DNA from: a virus | IMG/VR virus record: IMGVR_UViG_3300021197_001902 | Location: 26,733 to 90,732 of that record | DNA length: 64,000 nucleotides | Strand: one strand, 5' to 3' | In this document: in pieces, positions 30,875 to 40,990 of the stretch | How the letters are laid out: the number at the start of each line of letters is the position of its first letter | How positions within the stretch are numbered: position 1 is the stretch's first letter | Made by a program: the position numbers and the translations under genes | Notes under the pieces: generated by a model | What the model was told of the DNA's origin: nothing | Database searches by the model: none | The model's input: only the letters and a program-made list of their open reading frames with translations

Positions 30875-31668
30875 GTTGGTGGAATTATCTCGTGATCCTC
30901 AAGGTGAGCGTTCTTTTCGCCGTACCACCTTCTCGGAGCGACTACTCTCTTGTTTTCATTCTGATTCAACCAGGCGCCCCAAAATGAAAATGTGGAGTTG
31001 CCAATAATATTATCATTAAGCAATGACATAAAGTACAAGTCTATGACGTCTGTCTCGCCCTCAATAAATTTAACATTCTCAGCTTTGTCACTGAAATTAA
31101 GCTTACACCATTCAATATCATCGCTGAAGAATACAAAGGTGGAGGTTGTGTCGAAGGTGGCCATTGCATTGATATAGTACTCTGGCTTCTGTGAATAGTG
31201 ATACTGGCTAAGTCTAGGCGTCAGGAAGTCTCCTCGCCTAACGTGGACAGCCACTGTGTTGTTGAGCGCTAGAATGTCAGAATACTTAGATTCGATGTGT
31301 TCTTTAATCTCCACCGGGATCGAGAAGGTCTCTAGAATCAAGTCTCTCCGGTGTTCAAAGTACGCGTATGATTGAAAATATCCATCCAGGCATAAATTGG
31401 GCGCATATGGGAGTTTTTGGTGTTTCCAGCTGCGTTCTGAGTACAGATGCTTGGAAAACGATTTATCACCTTCAATATTCAAATTTCTAAATATTGTATC
31501 CACGTATGGGCCAAACCACTCTCTGTTTTGTAGATCGGGGAAGACGGCCTCGTCGTTATTATCCGCTGCATGCGCAAGGGTAGCCGCAATTGTAAATATC
31601 TGATTACCTAAACCAGCAAGATAATGTCCGTCAATCTTGCTAGGACCTTTAACGTGACATGTTATCAT
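30856..31668 (-). CDS. GT11 alpha-1,2-fucosyltransferase
   Basis: GLGNQ, GYFQS, VHVRRGD, FSDDIEW, NSTFSFWGAWL. Confidence 0.9.
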   Translation of the reverse strand: MITCHVKGPSKIDGHYLAGLGNQIFTIAATLAHAADNNDEAVFPDLQNREWFGPYVDTIFRNLNIEGDKSFSKHLYSERSWKHQKLPYAPNLCLDGYFQSYAYFEHRRDLILETFSIPVEIKEHIESKYSDILALNNTVAVHVRRGDFLTPRLSQYHYSQKPEYYINAMATFDTTSTFVFFSDDIEWCKLNFSDKAENVKFIEGETDVIDLYFMSLLNDNIIGNSTFSFWGAWLNQNENKRVVAPRRWYGEKNAHLEDHEIIPPTWEIMG

Positions 31669-32423
31669 TTGTTCTCCAGTTTATTATATTTGGCTTTAGA
31701 TCTTATCTCAGCCTCCAGCCTCAATTGAAGCTGATGGTTTGTTTTGTGATCGTTTAGTGGATTGGATAAGTTATAGACATACAACATTTTCTCTATATAA
31801 CGACTCTTTTCGGCGGCGCACATTTCAAGCATTGGGAACATAAAGGATAAATCCCAGGCCATTCTATAAAAGTTACCCTCAGTATCTTTCAGGTCTGAAG
31901 TTTCTATCTTTGCCCACAAGTGGTATTTAAAGGTTCTGAGGTGTGACGAGTACCATTCACTAACCCTGTAAGCATTATTCTGCATTACAGATGCTGGAAT
32001 TTGTCGAGCAAACTTTCCTCTAGTTCCTGCTGGATATTCAATATAGCTACCATACGTTAGCCAACAATCTTCGCGATTGTAAAAATCATTCAAATAAGAT
32101 AGGACTCCAGCCGACGAGAGCCAATCATCGCCGTCAAGAGTAACGATAATATCCTCTGGTTGGGGGTCTGCTTCAAGAATACCTTCATAGATATTTCTAA
32201 GGGCAAACTTCTTTTCTTGGTTTCTAACAAGAATAAACCGGTCATCGCCGGCTATTTCTTTCTCGATGATTTGCGCTGTCTGGTCCGTTGAAATATCATC
32301 TACCAATACGCATGTAAAGTTACTATAATCCTGTTTTTTTACAGATCTTAAATTAAACTTAATCCAATCTTGCACATTATAGAATGGAACAACAACAATA
32401 AATCGATTTTGCTCAGAGTTCAC
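31665..32423 (-). CDS. GT2 glycosyltransferase
   Basis: VVVPFYN, LVDDISTD, LDGDDWL. Confidence 0.85.
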   Translation of the reverse strand: MNSEQNRFIVVVPFYNVQDWIKFNLRSVKKQDYSNFTCVLVDDISTDQTAQIIEKEIAGDDRFILVRNQEKKFALRNIYEGILEADPQPEDIIVTLDGDDWLSSAGVLSYLNDFYNREDCWLTYGSYIEYPAGTRGKFARQIPASVMQNNAYRVSEWYSSHLRTFKYHLWAKIETSDLKDTEGNFYRMAWDLSFMFPMLEMCAAEKSRYIEKMLYVYNLSNPLNDHKTNHQLQLRLEAEIRSKAKYNKLENK

Positions 32424-33252
32424 CGGTCACCTCCAATATAGTGTCTACTATCTCGTCTCTTTTGTTAGTCATGTGATCAATTAATTCTTCACCCTTAAGC
32501 GAAAACCATGGCTCACTACGGGCCCCAACTAGTTTGTTTAGTACAACACTCATATTCATCATGCGCGCTTCAACACAAACTCTGGAAAGTGTCTCCGGTG
32601 TTTGTGGGAAGAAAACAAATTTCTTGTTCTTACCAAGTTTGTTAAGGAAAGTCAGATACTCCCTATCAGACACCAACTGATACTTCTCGTTCTTAGCCAC
32701 ACAATAGCGAATTGCGTCTTTAGTGTTTTTATGTGGGATATTAGAGGCCATAACGGCCACGAAATCATTTTTTTCTTGGCCGGCAATCGTTCGCATGTGT
32801 TCTAGGGACTTCAAGTCCCACATGTTGCCACCTAGGTTTATTAGGTTGTCGAGGCGAGTATTCTTCTGGACTATGTCAAAATGAAACTTGGACTGACATA
32901 GCACTCCTAGGGCGTTCTGGTATAGCTCTAAATTGACAACGTCATCTTCCGGGGCAAGAAAGTCTGCATACAGTGCCGGATTTCTTCTTCTCAAATATTT
33001 GTGGTCATGCTCGTAGATCACATATTTATGATCTTTCATGCTTTTCAAAGTTTTTGGAGGTAGATTTAAAAAATTAGACACCACATAACACGTGTCTTGT
33101 GTAAGATTAGCCGTGCTAAGTAGATGGCTATGAATCCTCGATGTGGAGTAACCTCTGTTCTCAAGCTGATTTTTTACCTCGTAATCGTTAAGCTCGCCGC
33201 CTCCGACCAGCTGATCCACGAAAACATCAGCCACAAACGTGTAGTCACTCAT
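32413..33252 (-). CDS. GT-B fold (GT4-like) glycosyltransferase
   Basis: GGGEL N-terminus, ETLSRVCVEAR (Ex7E); start MSDYTF at 33252. Confidence 0.65.
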   Translation of the reverse strand: MSDYTFVADVFVDQLVGGGELNDYEVKNQLENRGYSTSRIHSHLLSTANLTQDTCYVVSNFLNLPPKTLKSMKDHKYVIYEHDHKYLRRRNPALYADFLAPEDDVVNLELYQNALGVLCQSKFHFDIVQKNTRLDNLINLGGNMWDLKSLEHMRTIAGQEKNDFVAVMASNIPHKNTKDAIRYCVAKNEKYQLVSDREYLTFLNKLGKNKKFVFFPQTPETLSRVCVEARMMNMSVVLNKLVGARSEPWFSLKGEELIDHMTNKRDEIVDTILEVTGEL

Positions 33253-34513
33253 ATTCCTCAATGCCGTCTTGCAAATCAACAAGCCAGTTATTCATCTCTT
33301 CTGCATCGGCATTTGTAAACTCGACAGCTTCGATAAAATCGTTATAGATCTTTTCATCTGTAAAGTTTGCCAAAACATGATTCATAAGAGTTGTTGCTTC
33401 TTTCTTCCAGTGCGTCTCTTTTTCCAGGCACTCATCTAGAGCCCTCTTGAAAGAAGCCTCCTTTGCAAAGGCCCAACTTGAATCTTTCTGAATGATGCCG
33501 TCCCAGACAGCTTCTTGCTGCACTGGCAGTACATCGTAGTCAACCTTCAGAACGCGCGGGACTTGCTTGCCCTTTTTGTTTGGCTTTGTAATAAAGTCCA
33601 TTTGGCCAGACCAAGTTGTTGTGATGAGAGGAAGCCCATTATAAACAGCCTCAAACATAGGAAGACCATAGCCTTCGCCATGGCCAATGTTAATCAACGC
33701 CTTCATTGTGGGATGTTGGTAGAGCCACGTAAGTGCTCCAGGCTCCATCTCACCGTGAATTAGGTATATGGAGCACTTCTTGTCCCCAAGCGTGTTTAGA
33801 ATGGCTTCCATGCGCTTCTGAGTGTATATTCTATCCATAACAGAATCCGAGGCCATGTTGGTCTTGATAACGAGCCCGACATCTTCACGATCTCTAAAGT
33901 TATCAACGAACCACCTGATTGTATTGTCTAAATTCTTTCGGGGGCCCCACTGGGACACAGCCAGGAAGTTTTCAGTTGTCTTGAAGTTAATGTCAACTTC
34001 AACGGGTTCGGAGGTGCGCACTGGGTAATTGACAGCATCAATCGGGACGGTCACGCCCCAGTTATCTATCTTATTGCCGTTACCATCTTGAATGTTGTAA
34101 GTTGTCTGTTCAAATACTCGCTTAGAATGATTTGATACAACAACAACTTTATCAACACAGGTATTCGTCTTTTCAATCCATTGGGGTGATACTTTGGTAG
34201 TCTCGATGCCCGCAGTATAACCGATGTTAATTGGACATAACTTCTCAAACTCGTTTGGAACTGTGACTTGTAGAGATACCTCAAAGGTGCCTCCACTTTG
34301 AGTGTGGACGGACGTTTTAAGGAGTGTTTGCTGGATCCATTGCGTTTCTTCAGAAGTATCTGAAATCTGGCCCGTCCTCCCCCAGGCCGTATTGATCATA
34401 TAAATATCATACAAATCTGGTCGTGATCGAAGCGCTCTAAGAGCAAATCTAGACTGTTCTCCGTATCCGGATCGTGATAGGAGAGGCCCTTTAACTAAAA
34501 TTCTTTTCAACAT
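33245..34513 (-). CDS. GT4 glycosyltransferase
   Basis: SGYG, RKNL, GEGYGLPMFEA. Confidence 0.85.
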   Translation of the reverse strand: MLKRILVKGPLLSRSGYGEQSRFALRALRSRPDLYDIYMINTAWGRTGQISDTSEETQWIQQTLLKTSVHTQSGGTFEVSLQVTVPNEFEKLCPINIGYTAGIETTKVSPQWIEKTNTCVDKVVVVSNHSKRVFEQTTYNIQDGNGNKIDNWGVTVPIDAVNYPVRTSEPVEVDINFKTTENFLAVSQWGPRKNLDNTIRWFVDNFRDREDVGLVIKTNMASDSVMDRIYTQKRMEAILNTLGDKKCSIYLIHGEMEPGALTWLYQHPTMKALINIGHGEGYGLPMFEAVYNGLPLITTTWSGQMDFITKPNKKGKQVPRVLKVDYDVLPVQQEAVWDGIIQKDSSWAFAKEASFKRALDECLEKETHWKKEATTLMNHVLANFTDEKIYNDFIEAVEFTNADAEEMNNWLVDLQDGIEEYE

Positions 34514-35763
34514 TAAAATACCTTTACTTCATAAGAACTATAATTTTTACGATCGTCCCAGGAACCCTTCTCATCACAAATCGAAGTGAAAAGATCATCC
34601 CATCTTTGAACGTAATCATCAAAATTAAACTGCTTCTGGGTCCAGGCTCGGCCCTTAGCTCCCAGCTCAATGCGTTGATCGCGGGTCATCTCATACATTT
34701 TAACCAAAGCGTCAACAAATACTTCCTCACTAAGCCGGTCCTCATAAATAAAGGGAACCTGCTGAGATCCAATAACAGCCTTTGAGACTGGCTGGAGACC
34801 TAGGCCAAAGAATTCTTCACCGTCCGTCACTTGGTCTTGAAGGCCACCTGTCATATTAACAATGATCGGTGTACCGCAAGAAAGAGATTCTAAAGTTGAC
34901 AGACCAAAACCCTCTGCATCTGAGATACAGCAGGTTACGTCAGACATATTGTACATAATGGCTAGATCTTTTGAATCCACCTTCTGACGAGAGAACATTA
35001 CTTCCCCGTTGGTTAGCCCAAGCTCGTTAATAATCGCCTCTAGATCTTGGCCGTGCACATCTTTAGTGTCTGTATGCATGATCAGAGTGGCGTTTTCGGG
35101 CCCGACTTTGTCAAGGAAGCCTTTGAACCACCAAATCAAACTACCGGAAAGCTTACGGCGGGCATTACGGCTATTCCAGAAAATAACAAATTTGTCATTA
35201 AGACCTTTTTCTTTTCTCCATTGAATGATTTGCTCGTCATCGTATGGAGTGAAAACATCAGCATCAACTGCGTGTGGGATATATGATGAATCCGTGTTTG
35301 GTGCTACTGTCTGGACAATGTCATGAGTAAGTTTTGAGATGCATGCAACGTGATCATTTGATTGATAAAAAGGGCTGTTGAAACTTGGGTAGGGATAGTT
35401 ATCCCACACATGATAATAGACCATAGGGACATGAGGTCGAATTTCGTTCTCGATGGCCCAGAGCCAGTCATAAAAACGGGGGTCTGTCATAAACCATAAG
35501 ATATCAGGCTTCTGCTGCTGAATCATGGCTCTAACCATGTCTTGATTTCCATAACCGTCAACAGGCCAAATAACCCAGTCTTCCCCCCACTGCTCGGTTC
35601 TCTGAGGCTCATGTTTGGGGTGTTTAATAGCACCTCCAAAGGAAACAAACTGGTATTTACCCGTCTTTAGCATTCCTTCGATCATATATTTTGTTTGTGT
35701 TCCGACACCACTCGGAGATAGCGGATGGTCGCTAATGGTAAAGATCTTAATCTTATCTGACAT
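34513..35763 (-). CDS. GT4 glycosyltransferase
   Basis: SGVG, RNARRK, EGFGLSTLESLSCGTP. Confidence 0.88.
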   Translation of the reverse strand: MSDKIKIFTISDHPLSPSGVGTQTKYMIEGMLKTGKYQFVSFGGAIKHPKHEPQRTEQWGEDWVIWPVDGYGNQDMVRAMIQQQKPDILWFMTDPRFYDWLWAIENEIRPHVPMVYYHVWDNYPYPSFNSPFYQSNDHVACISKLTHDIVQTVAPNTDSSYIPHAVDADVFTPYDDEQIIQWRKEKGLNDKFVIFWNSRNARRKLSGSLIWWFKGFLDKVGPENATLIMHTDTKDVHGQDLEAIINELGLTNGEVMFSRQKVDSKDLAIMYNMSDVTCCISDAEGFGLSTLESLSCGTPIIVNMTGGLQDQVTDGEEFFGLGLQPVSKAVIGSQQVPFIYEDRLSEEVFVDALVKMYEMTRDQRIELGAKGRAWTQKQFNFDDYVQRWDDLFTSICDEKGSWDDRKNYSSYEVKVF

Positions 35764-35771
35764 TTAAATTC

Positions 35772-36554
35772 CTAACTGCAGTGTTCCGTTTTATACAGTG
35801 AACAGGGATAGGGCTTTCGACAATTCAATTTATTCTTGATTGTAAAGCCTTTTTTAATATTATAAATTGCTTGGTATAAAACTTTAAGCGCGTTTTCCGT
35901 TTTCTTTGGGCCGCTCGTCACTCTAAATATTTCCACACGGTCTTTTTTGGCCGTTCTTTTTAAGAGAGCAAAGTGTGTTTCTACGTTTTTGGGATCAAGA
36001 TTGTGCTTCTGACAGAAGAAATGTTTGTATAATGTAAGCTGGTACGTCACCATTTTCTCTGCTTTTTTGCGTGAGTCCCACCCCCATGAGCACGTTTTCC
36101 AGTCAAAAAGATGATAGGTATTACCCACTTTGACTACAGCATCAACAAATCCCTTAAAGTTGTGCCCAAAGTTTTCGATCTCCTCATATAAAAGTTCCTC
36201 AGAGGAGTAAACTTCATAATCTCCAAAATAATCATCCAAAGCATTTTCTACTTCAGCAAGAATTTCAGGACCTGCTGTTCGCATTTGCTCGACATTTTTA
36301 TCATTTACTTCAACATTTTTTTCGGCAAGTTTTTGCAACTCTTTATCGAAGCCAATTTGAAACACCTTTTTTTGGTCTATGTTTTCTCTGAGTAATTTCT
36401 TTTCACAGACATCGTGAATGGCTGTGCCAAAAGCAGTATACTCGTTGCCATCAAATGAAGCGACTTTTTCAACCCAGCTCTTTTTGTGATAGTGAGGACA
36501 ATGTACCCAGTCTTTAAGTTCGGAGTAAGATATGTGTGTTTTTTTATTGGTCAT
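35772..36554 (-). CDS. PD-(D/E)XK nuclease (RecB/Cas4-like) with probable Fe-S cysteines
   Basis: ISYS..CP, FGTAIH, GFVD...DWKT, QLTLY, C-terminal CxxxxxC...C. Confidence 0.8.
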   Translation of the reverse strand: MTNKKTHISYSELKDWVHCPHYHKKSWVEKVASFDGNEYTAFGTAIHDVCEKKLLRENIDQKKVFQIGFDKELQKLAEKNVEVNDKNVEQMRTAGPEILAEVENALDDYFGDYEVYSSEELLYEEIENFGHNFKGFVDAVVKVGNTYHLFDWKTCSWGWDSRKKAEKMVTYQLTLYKHFFCQKHNLDPKNVETHFALLKRTAKKDRVEIFRVTSGPKKTENALKVLYQAIYNIKKGFTIKNKLNCRKPYPCSLYKTEHCS

Positions 36555-37170
36555 TGAGGGTTGCTACAACTTTCTGATAGAGTATCGGACTTATACTTTT
36601 AACATATTCTGGGTTCTCTGTAAAGTATTTTTCGAATCCATTAGCAAAATACTCTTGGATTGATGTTGCTCCGTAGGGAGAACAAAACAACCCCATCGTA
36701 AGACTTAGAAGAGTTGGGTAGCCAACTACATTTGCTAGAAAATCATCAAAGGGTTTATTGTACTCTGCGTTTGCATACATTCTTTCTGGTATCTGTTCGT
36801 ACCCCTCAGCCTGAAGCAGGTGATACAACTTTCTCCTCTTGCCCAGAAACTCCATCTGCATTCTTTCGTCGTATATAAAATATGGACGATCAGTCTCGGC
36901 AGCATGTGCGACTTCGTGAATAAAGTTCTCAACCATATCGTCGTTAGTCGGCTCGGAGAGCTTCATATAGATAGCACCCTCAGCGTATGCTGCATTACGA
37001 CCATCTAAAATGGGATTGTCAGCAATATAACAGACCTCCACATTGCGTAGGACCGATAGAGGAAGCGTGTTTTCAATTTCAGTGCAGAAGCCGGGGATGT
37101 TTACACTTGGTTCGGCTTCTCCAAATACAAATACAGGAATGTGATAGATATAATATTCACGGCTGTACAT
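36544..37170 (-). CDS. Zincin-like metallopeptidase
   Basis: HEVAH plus downstream EYFA. Confidence 0.6.
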   Translation of the reverse strand: MYSREYYIYHIPVFVFGEAEPSVNIPGFCTEIENTLPLSVLRNVEVCYIADNPILDGRNAAYAEGAIYMKLSEPTNDDMVENFIHEVAHAAETDRPYFIYDERMQMEFLGKRRKLYHLLQAEGYEQIPERMYANAEYNKPFDDFLANVVGYPTLLSLTMGLFCSPYGATSIQEYFANGFEKYFTENPEYVKSISPILYQKVVATLNDQ

Positions 37171-37408
37171 TGTTTTTGTTTTCTACGGTTTCAACATCCG
37201 TAAGGGCCTGCTCATATCCTCGAAGAAAGTTTTCCTCCGCAACCGCAAGCAAGAAATCGGGGAATTCTGCTGCGAAAACCTGTACTGCCATGTCAACAGT
37301 AATATCTTCTTCAGCTAGTAATCTTTCTCCGATATAATTAACTACCAGCTCCTTAAGGCCAGTATCCGAAGTCACCACTCCGGTCTTTATAGTGTCTTTA
37401 TATTCCAT
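37157..37408 (-). CDS. Hypothetical protein
   Basis: 83-aa ORF with GAGG RBS. Confidence 0.6.
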   Translation of the reverse strand: MEYKDTIKTGVVTSDTGLKELVVNYIGERLLAEEDITVDMAVQVFAAEFPDFLLAVAEENFLRGYEQALTDVETVENKNNVQP

Positions 37409-37415
37409 TTTATCC

Positions 37416-38735
37416 TCACAAATTTTCTGCAGCGAAGGATGCGACCCTAGACCTTTCTCCCTTGAGGAGTGTTACGTGAGCAGCTAGTTCAAAATCCTTA
37501 AACTTTTCAACCGCATGGGTTAGTCCGTTTGTCGTTGCATCAATGTAAACATTGTCGATCTGCTCTACGTCACCAGTCAAAATAATCTTTGTACCTTCAC
37601 CAACTCTTGTTATTATAGTCTTTAATTCGTGAGTTGTCAAGTTTTGTGCTTCATCAATTATAATAAAAGCCTGGCCAATTGAGCGCCCACGAATATAAGT
37701 GATAGCTTCAATCTCTATTATACCCTTTTCCATGTAAATGTCAAGGGTCATTTTGTCGTTGCCCATAAGAGTCTGTAGATTATCTTGAATTGGCATGAGC
37801 CATGGCGACATTTTCTCTTCCATAGTTCCGGGTAGGAACCCAATGTCCTTTCCAAGCGGCTGTACGGGCCTAGAAACGATTATACGGTTGTATAAGGATG
37901 TGGAGTCATCTAGAGTCTGTGCAAGCCCTGCAGCGATGGCACAGAGCGTCTTACCGCTACCTGCCTTGCCGATCACGGTGAGAACCTCAATGTCGGGGTC
38001 CATCAGTGCATCTAGTAAGAAAGACTGTTCCTTGTTACGGGCACGAATACCCCAAACGCCGCGGCGGTCTTTATGGAGTTGCCTAAGAGGTGTATTTTCG
38101 TTAATAAATCTTCCAAGCGCTGTCTTTTTCTCGTTTGCGTTAGAAATCAACATCACATACTCGTTGGTTCTGAGTTTTCGGTTTATAAGATAAACTTCTT
38201 TTTTCTCGTAGAATTGATCCACGATCTCATCGTCAACTAGAACTTCGGAGTATCCTTTAAAGATCTCCTCGCTACTATCAACAATTTGCTGATTTTGAAA
38301 ATCTTCACAAGGTAGACCAATCGCATCCGAGATAACACGCATGTTAATATCACGCGAAACAAGTATGACTTGGCGCTCTGACTCTCTTGCAACAGCTCTG
38401 GCCGTCGCAATAATTAAATGGTCTGGGATCTTAATATCTAAATCGGTTGGAAGATCATCAGGATCAATGTCTGCCGCCGAAACAGATTGAAGGATACCCA
38501 GACCCTTTCGGATCCGGACGCCTTTTTTAAGACACCCTCTGGTACGGAGTTCGTCCCAGATGCGGATAATCTTTCTCGCTTGGGCACCAACTAAGTCTTG
38601 GCGCTTTTTGTGCTTATCAATCTCCTCGAATACCTTCAAAGGAACGTAAACGTCGTGATTTTTAAAAGCGTATACTGCGTCTGCATTTGTTAGATAAACG
38701 CTAGTATCTAATACATATATTTTTTTACGGCTCAT
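37416..38735 (-). CDS. phoH: PIN-PhoH (PhoH2-type) ATPase
   Basis: YVLDTSV PIN domain, GKAGSGKT, GFLPG, RGRS, DEAQN, GDVEQID. Confidence 0.92.
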   Translation of the reverse strand: MSRKKIYVLDTSVYLTNADAVYAFKNHDVYVPLKVFEEIDKHKKRQDLVGAQARKIIRIWDELRTRGCLKKGVRIRKGLGILQSVSAADIDPDDLPTDLDIKIPDHLIIATARAVARESERQVILVSRDINMRVISDAIGLPCEDFQNQQIVDSSEEIFKGYSEVLVDDEIVDQFYEKKEVYLINRKLRTNEYVMLISNANEKKTALGRFINENTPLRQLHKDRRGVWGIRARNKEQSFLLDALMDPDIEVLTVIGKAGSGKTLCAIAAGLAQTLDDSTSLYNRIIVSRPVQPLGKDIGFLPGTMEEKMSPWLMPIQDNLQTLMGNDKMTLDIYMEKGIIEIEAITYIRGRSIGQAFIIIDEAQNLTTHELKTIITRVGEGTKIILTGDVEQIDNVYIDATTNGLTHAVEKFKDFELAAHVTLLKGERSRVASFAAENL

Positions 38736-38771
38736 GGAAACCCTATCTGTAAGGTAAATAGATGGTCGGTG

Positions 38772-39290
38772 TTAATTGTCTCCCGGCTTTTTGGTATGAC
38801 CACATTGAACAATCTCAACCCGGTCGGGCCGAATGATGTCTGCAGAGTCATTATCAACCATGCCGGCGTCTTCAACGAGAGTAGAAGAACTCTGGATTTT
38901 TCCCCCACCGACTGACCAGAGCATTCCAATGCCTAATTCGTCGCATACATCCATTTCTGGGGTGTTGTCAGTCTTTCTGTCGCCCCCATTAGCGAAGTAG
39001 TTGGGCTTAATTCGCCGGAGAGCTTCGCAAACTGTATTGTCTGAGTCATCTACAAACGTGGTCTCTCCAGTAGCTGCGAATCCTTCCAAGATCTCGCAGC
39101 GCTCTTTGAATGGCATGAAAATATAACCCTTCTTTCGCATTAGCCATTCATCCGAATTGACAACAACGATAACATGTCCATGTTGTGATGCATCCTGAAT
39201 CATACGAAGGTGTCCAATATGCACAGGATCGAAGCCTCCCGATACACAAACAGTCGTGTATGGCGTTGGCCTAGGAGTTTTATTACTCAT
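38772..39290 (-). CDS. Cytidylyltransferase-like (TagD/HldE/RibL family)
   Basis: SGGFDPVHIGH, NSD, ANGGDR, KIQSSS. Confidence 0.85.
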   Translation of the reverse strand: MSNKTPRPTPYTTVCVSGGFDPVHIGHLRMIQDASQHGHVIVVVNSDEWLMRKKGYIFMPFKERCEILEGFAATGETTFVDDSDNTVCEALRRIKPNYFANGGDRKTDNTPEMDVCDELGIGMLWSVGGGKIQSSSTLVEDAGMVDNDSADIIRPDRVEIVQCGHTKKPGDN

Positions 39291-39525
39291 TTTCGACTCC
39301 CGTGTCCCTAGCTAAGGTAAAGTTTCTCTCTACTGCTCCGATGGCTTCTTCGGCCTCTGCCAATCTTACGAACGCAGTTGTTAACTCTGTAACAACATTT
39401 GGATGTTCAGCTACCCCCATGGGGTGGTTTAAGTATAACTCAATAATTGCGATTGCCTCTTGCCTGTCAGCTTCAAATTTTGCAAGGCTTGCTCGCACTA
39501 ATCGTTCTGCCATTTGATTACTCAT
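39283..39525 (-). CDS. Hypothetical phage protein
   Basis: AAGGAG RBS; YLNHPMGVAEHP. Confidence 0.65.
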   Translation of the reverse strand: MSNQMAERLVRASLAKFEADRQEAIAIIELYLNHPMGVAEHPNVVTELTTAFVRLAEAEEAIGAVERNFTLARDTGVENE

Positions 39526-39590
39526 TTAGTACTCCTTTGTTGAGTATAGTTTGATTCTACTAGAAGTTGATTAATATTTTCACAGTTATT

Positions 39591-39665
39591 TGGAGCGGGT
39601 GATGAGATTCGAACTCACGACGTTCGCCTTGGCAAGGCGATGCTCTACCACTGAGCTACACCCGC
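39591..39665 (-). tRNA. tRNA-Gly(GCC)
   Basis: GCGGGTG acceptor stem, TCGCC-TTGCCAA-GGCGA anticodon arm, TTCGAAT T-loop, encoded CCA. Confidence 0.97.
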
Positions 39666-39666
39666 A

Positions 39667-40455
39667 CTAAATCCACAAAGTCATGCACTGCAGCGAACCA
39701 CCAGATTTTAAAAATTCACTAGTGTTTATTAGTTTTACCTCATATCCTCTAACATCCAATTCTTCAAGAATTTTTTGTGGGCCTGCAGGCATTAAGATCC
39801 GACTATCATACACCACCGAATTGCATGCGAACATAGTTGCATCGTGAACATCCAATGGTATCAGTTCCGGGACATGTTTTTTCAATTTCTTAATAGCTGA
39901 TGGAGCAAAAGCGCCGGGGTAGTATAGAGCGCTCTGAGCCCCTAATAAGCAAAAACAAGTGTCCAAGTGATAGAAATTAGGATGACTTAATTTAAGGGGA
40001 ATCAACTCTAGGTCCAGAATCTTGGCTGCTCTTCTAATGCCGCCCAAGTCGGAGCGCCAACCATAGCCAGCAAACATCTTATCGCCCAAGATAACAGTGT
40101 CTCCGCAACCTTCAAAGTTAATCTGGCGCGGGAGGCGATGGGTTTCATAACCAGCTTCTTTAAACCACTTTTCATATACGTCAGTTTCAGGTTGTCGTTC
40201 TAGATGTCTGAAGTTACTTAAGACTACTTTGTTGTTACGAACTGTCCCGGCATTCGCTGTAAATACCATATCTGGAAGAGAGCGCTCTTGGTCGATCAGT
40301 TTTACCTCGACACCCCATTCTTGTATTCCATTTTTTAGTTTAAACCATTGGTCCATGGCCGCGGCCCTATTAACTTGGGCGCCCTGCATCCATGGGTTAA
40401 TAGAATATACTACATCAAAAAAAGTCGGAGGACATAATAAAACTTTATTGGACAT
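39667..40455 (-). CDS. Amidinotransferase superfamily enzyme (DDAH / arginine dihydrolase-like)
   Basis: CPPTFFDVVYSINPWM, PDMVFTAN, FEGCGD, FYHLDT, GGSLQC. Confidence 0.88.
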   Translation of the reverse strand: MSNKVLLCPPTFFDVVYSINPWMQGAQVNRAAAMDQWFKLKNGIQEWGVEVKLIDQERSLPDMVFTANAGTVRNNKVVLSNFRHLERQPETDVYEKWFKEAGYETHRLPRQINFEGCGDTVILGDKMFAGYGWRSDLGGIRRAAKILDLELIPLKLSHPNFYHLDTCFCLLGAQSALYYPGAFAPSAIKKLKKHVPELIPLDVHDATMFACNSVVYDSRILMPAGPQKILEELDVRGYEVKLINTSEFLKSGGSLQCMTLWI

Positions 40456-40503
40456 ATTATAAATAGCGTTGACTTAAGGTAATTTACAGGTTGCTTGCTT
40501 AAA

Positions 40504-40580
<77 letters not shown>

Positions 40581-40585
40581 TCATA

Positions 40586-40662
40586 TGGTGGGCGGTGAGG
40601 GACTCGAACCCCCGGCCCTCTCGGTGTAAACGAGACGCTCTAGCCAACTGAGCTAACCGCCC
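40586..40662 (-). tRNA. tRNA-Val(TAC)
   Basis: GGGCGGT..., TCTCG-TTTACAC-CGAGA, TTCGAGT, CCA. Confidence 0.97.
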
Positions 40663-40667
40663 GAAAA

Positions 40668-40743
40668 TGGTGGAGATGACAGGAGTCGAACCTGCGGCCT
40701 GATGCGTGCAAGGCAACTGCTCTCCCAACTGAGCTACATCCCC
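40668..40743 (-). tRNA. tRNA-Ala(TGC)
   Basis: GGGGATG/CATCTCC with G3:U70, CTTGCAC loop, TTCGACT, CCA. Confidence 0.96.
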
Positions 40744-40744
40744 A

Positions 40745-40990
40745 TTATTCCGCGGGTAGTTCACGCCACCCACTTTCATTATAAATAGCTTTGCAAATGA
40801 ACTTAAGCTTGAATCTTTCGGCATTCCAATACTGCGGTTCTACCATGGAGATAAAAGACGTTTTGTCTTCTCTCATATAAACATAATATGGCCGGCCCGG
40901 GACTGGCTGAACTCTGCATTCAGCCGAGCGCAAATAAATTCCTGCTACCGCTTCTTCTAGAACATCCAAGTCTTGTGTTTTGTTTACCAT
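40745..40990 (-). CDS. DUF2452-like hypothetical protein
   Basis: PVPGRPYYVY...FISMVEPQYW; start MVNKTQ at 40990. Confidence 0.55.
   Translation of the reverse strand: MVNKTQDLDVLEEAVAGIYLRSAECRVQPVPGRPYYVYMREDKTSFISMVEPQYWNAERFKLKFICKAIYNESGWRELPAE

Noticed and set aside
35772-36554. Cas4-like nuclease as evidence of CRISPR
   Set aside because: No repeat-spacer array or other cas genes seen; standalone PD-(D/E)XK nucleases are common in phages
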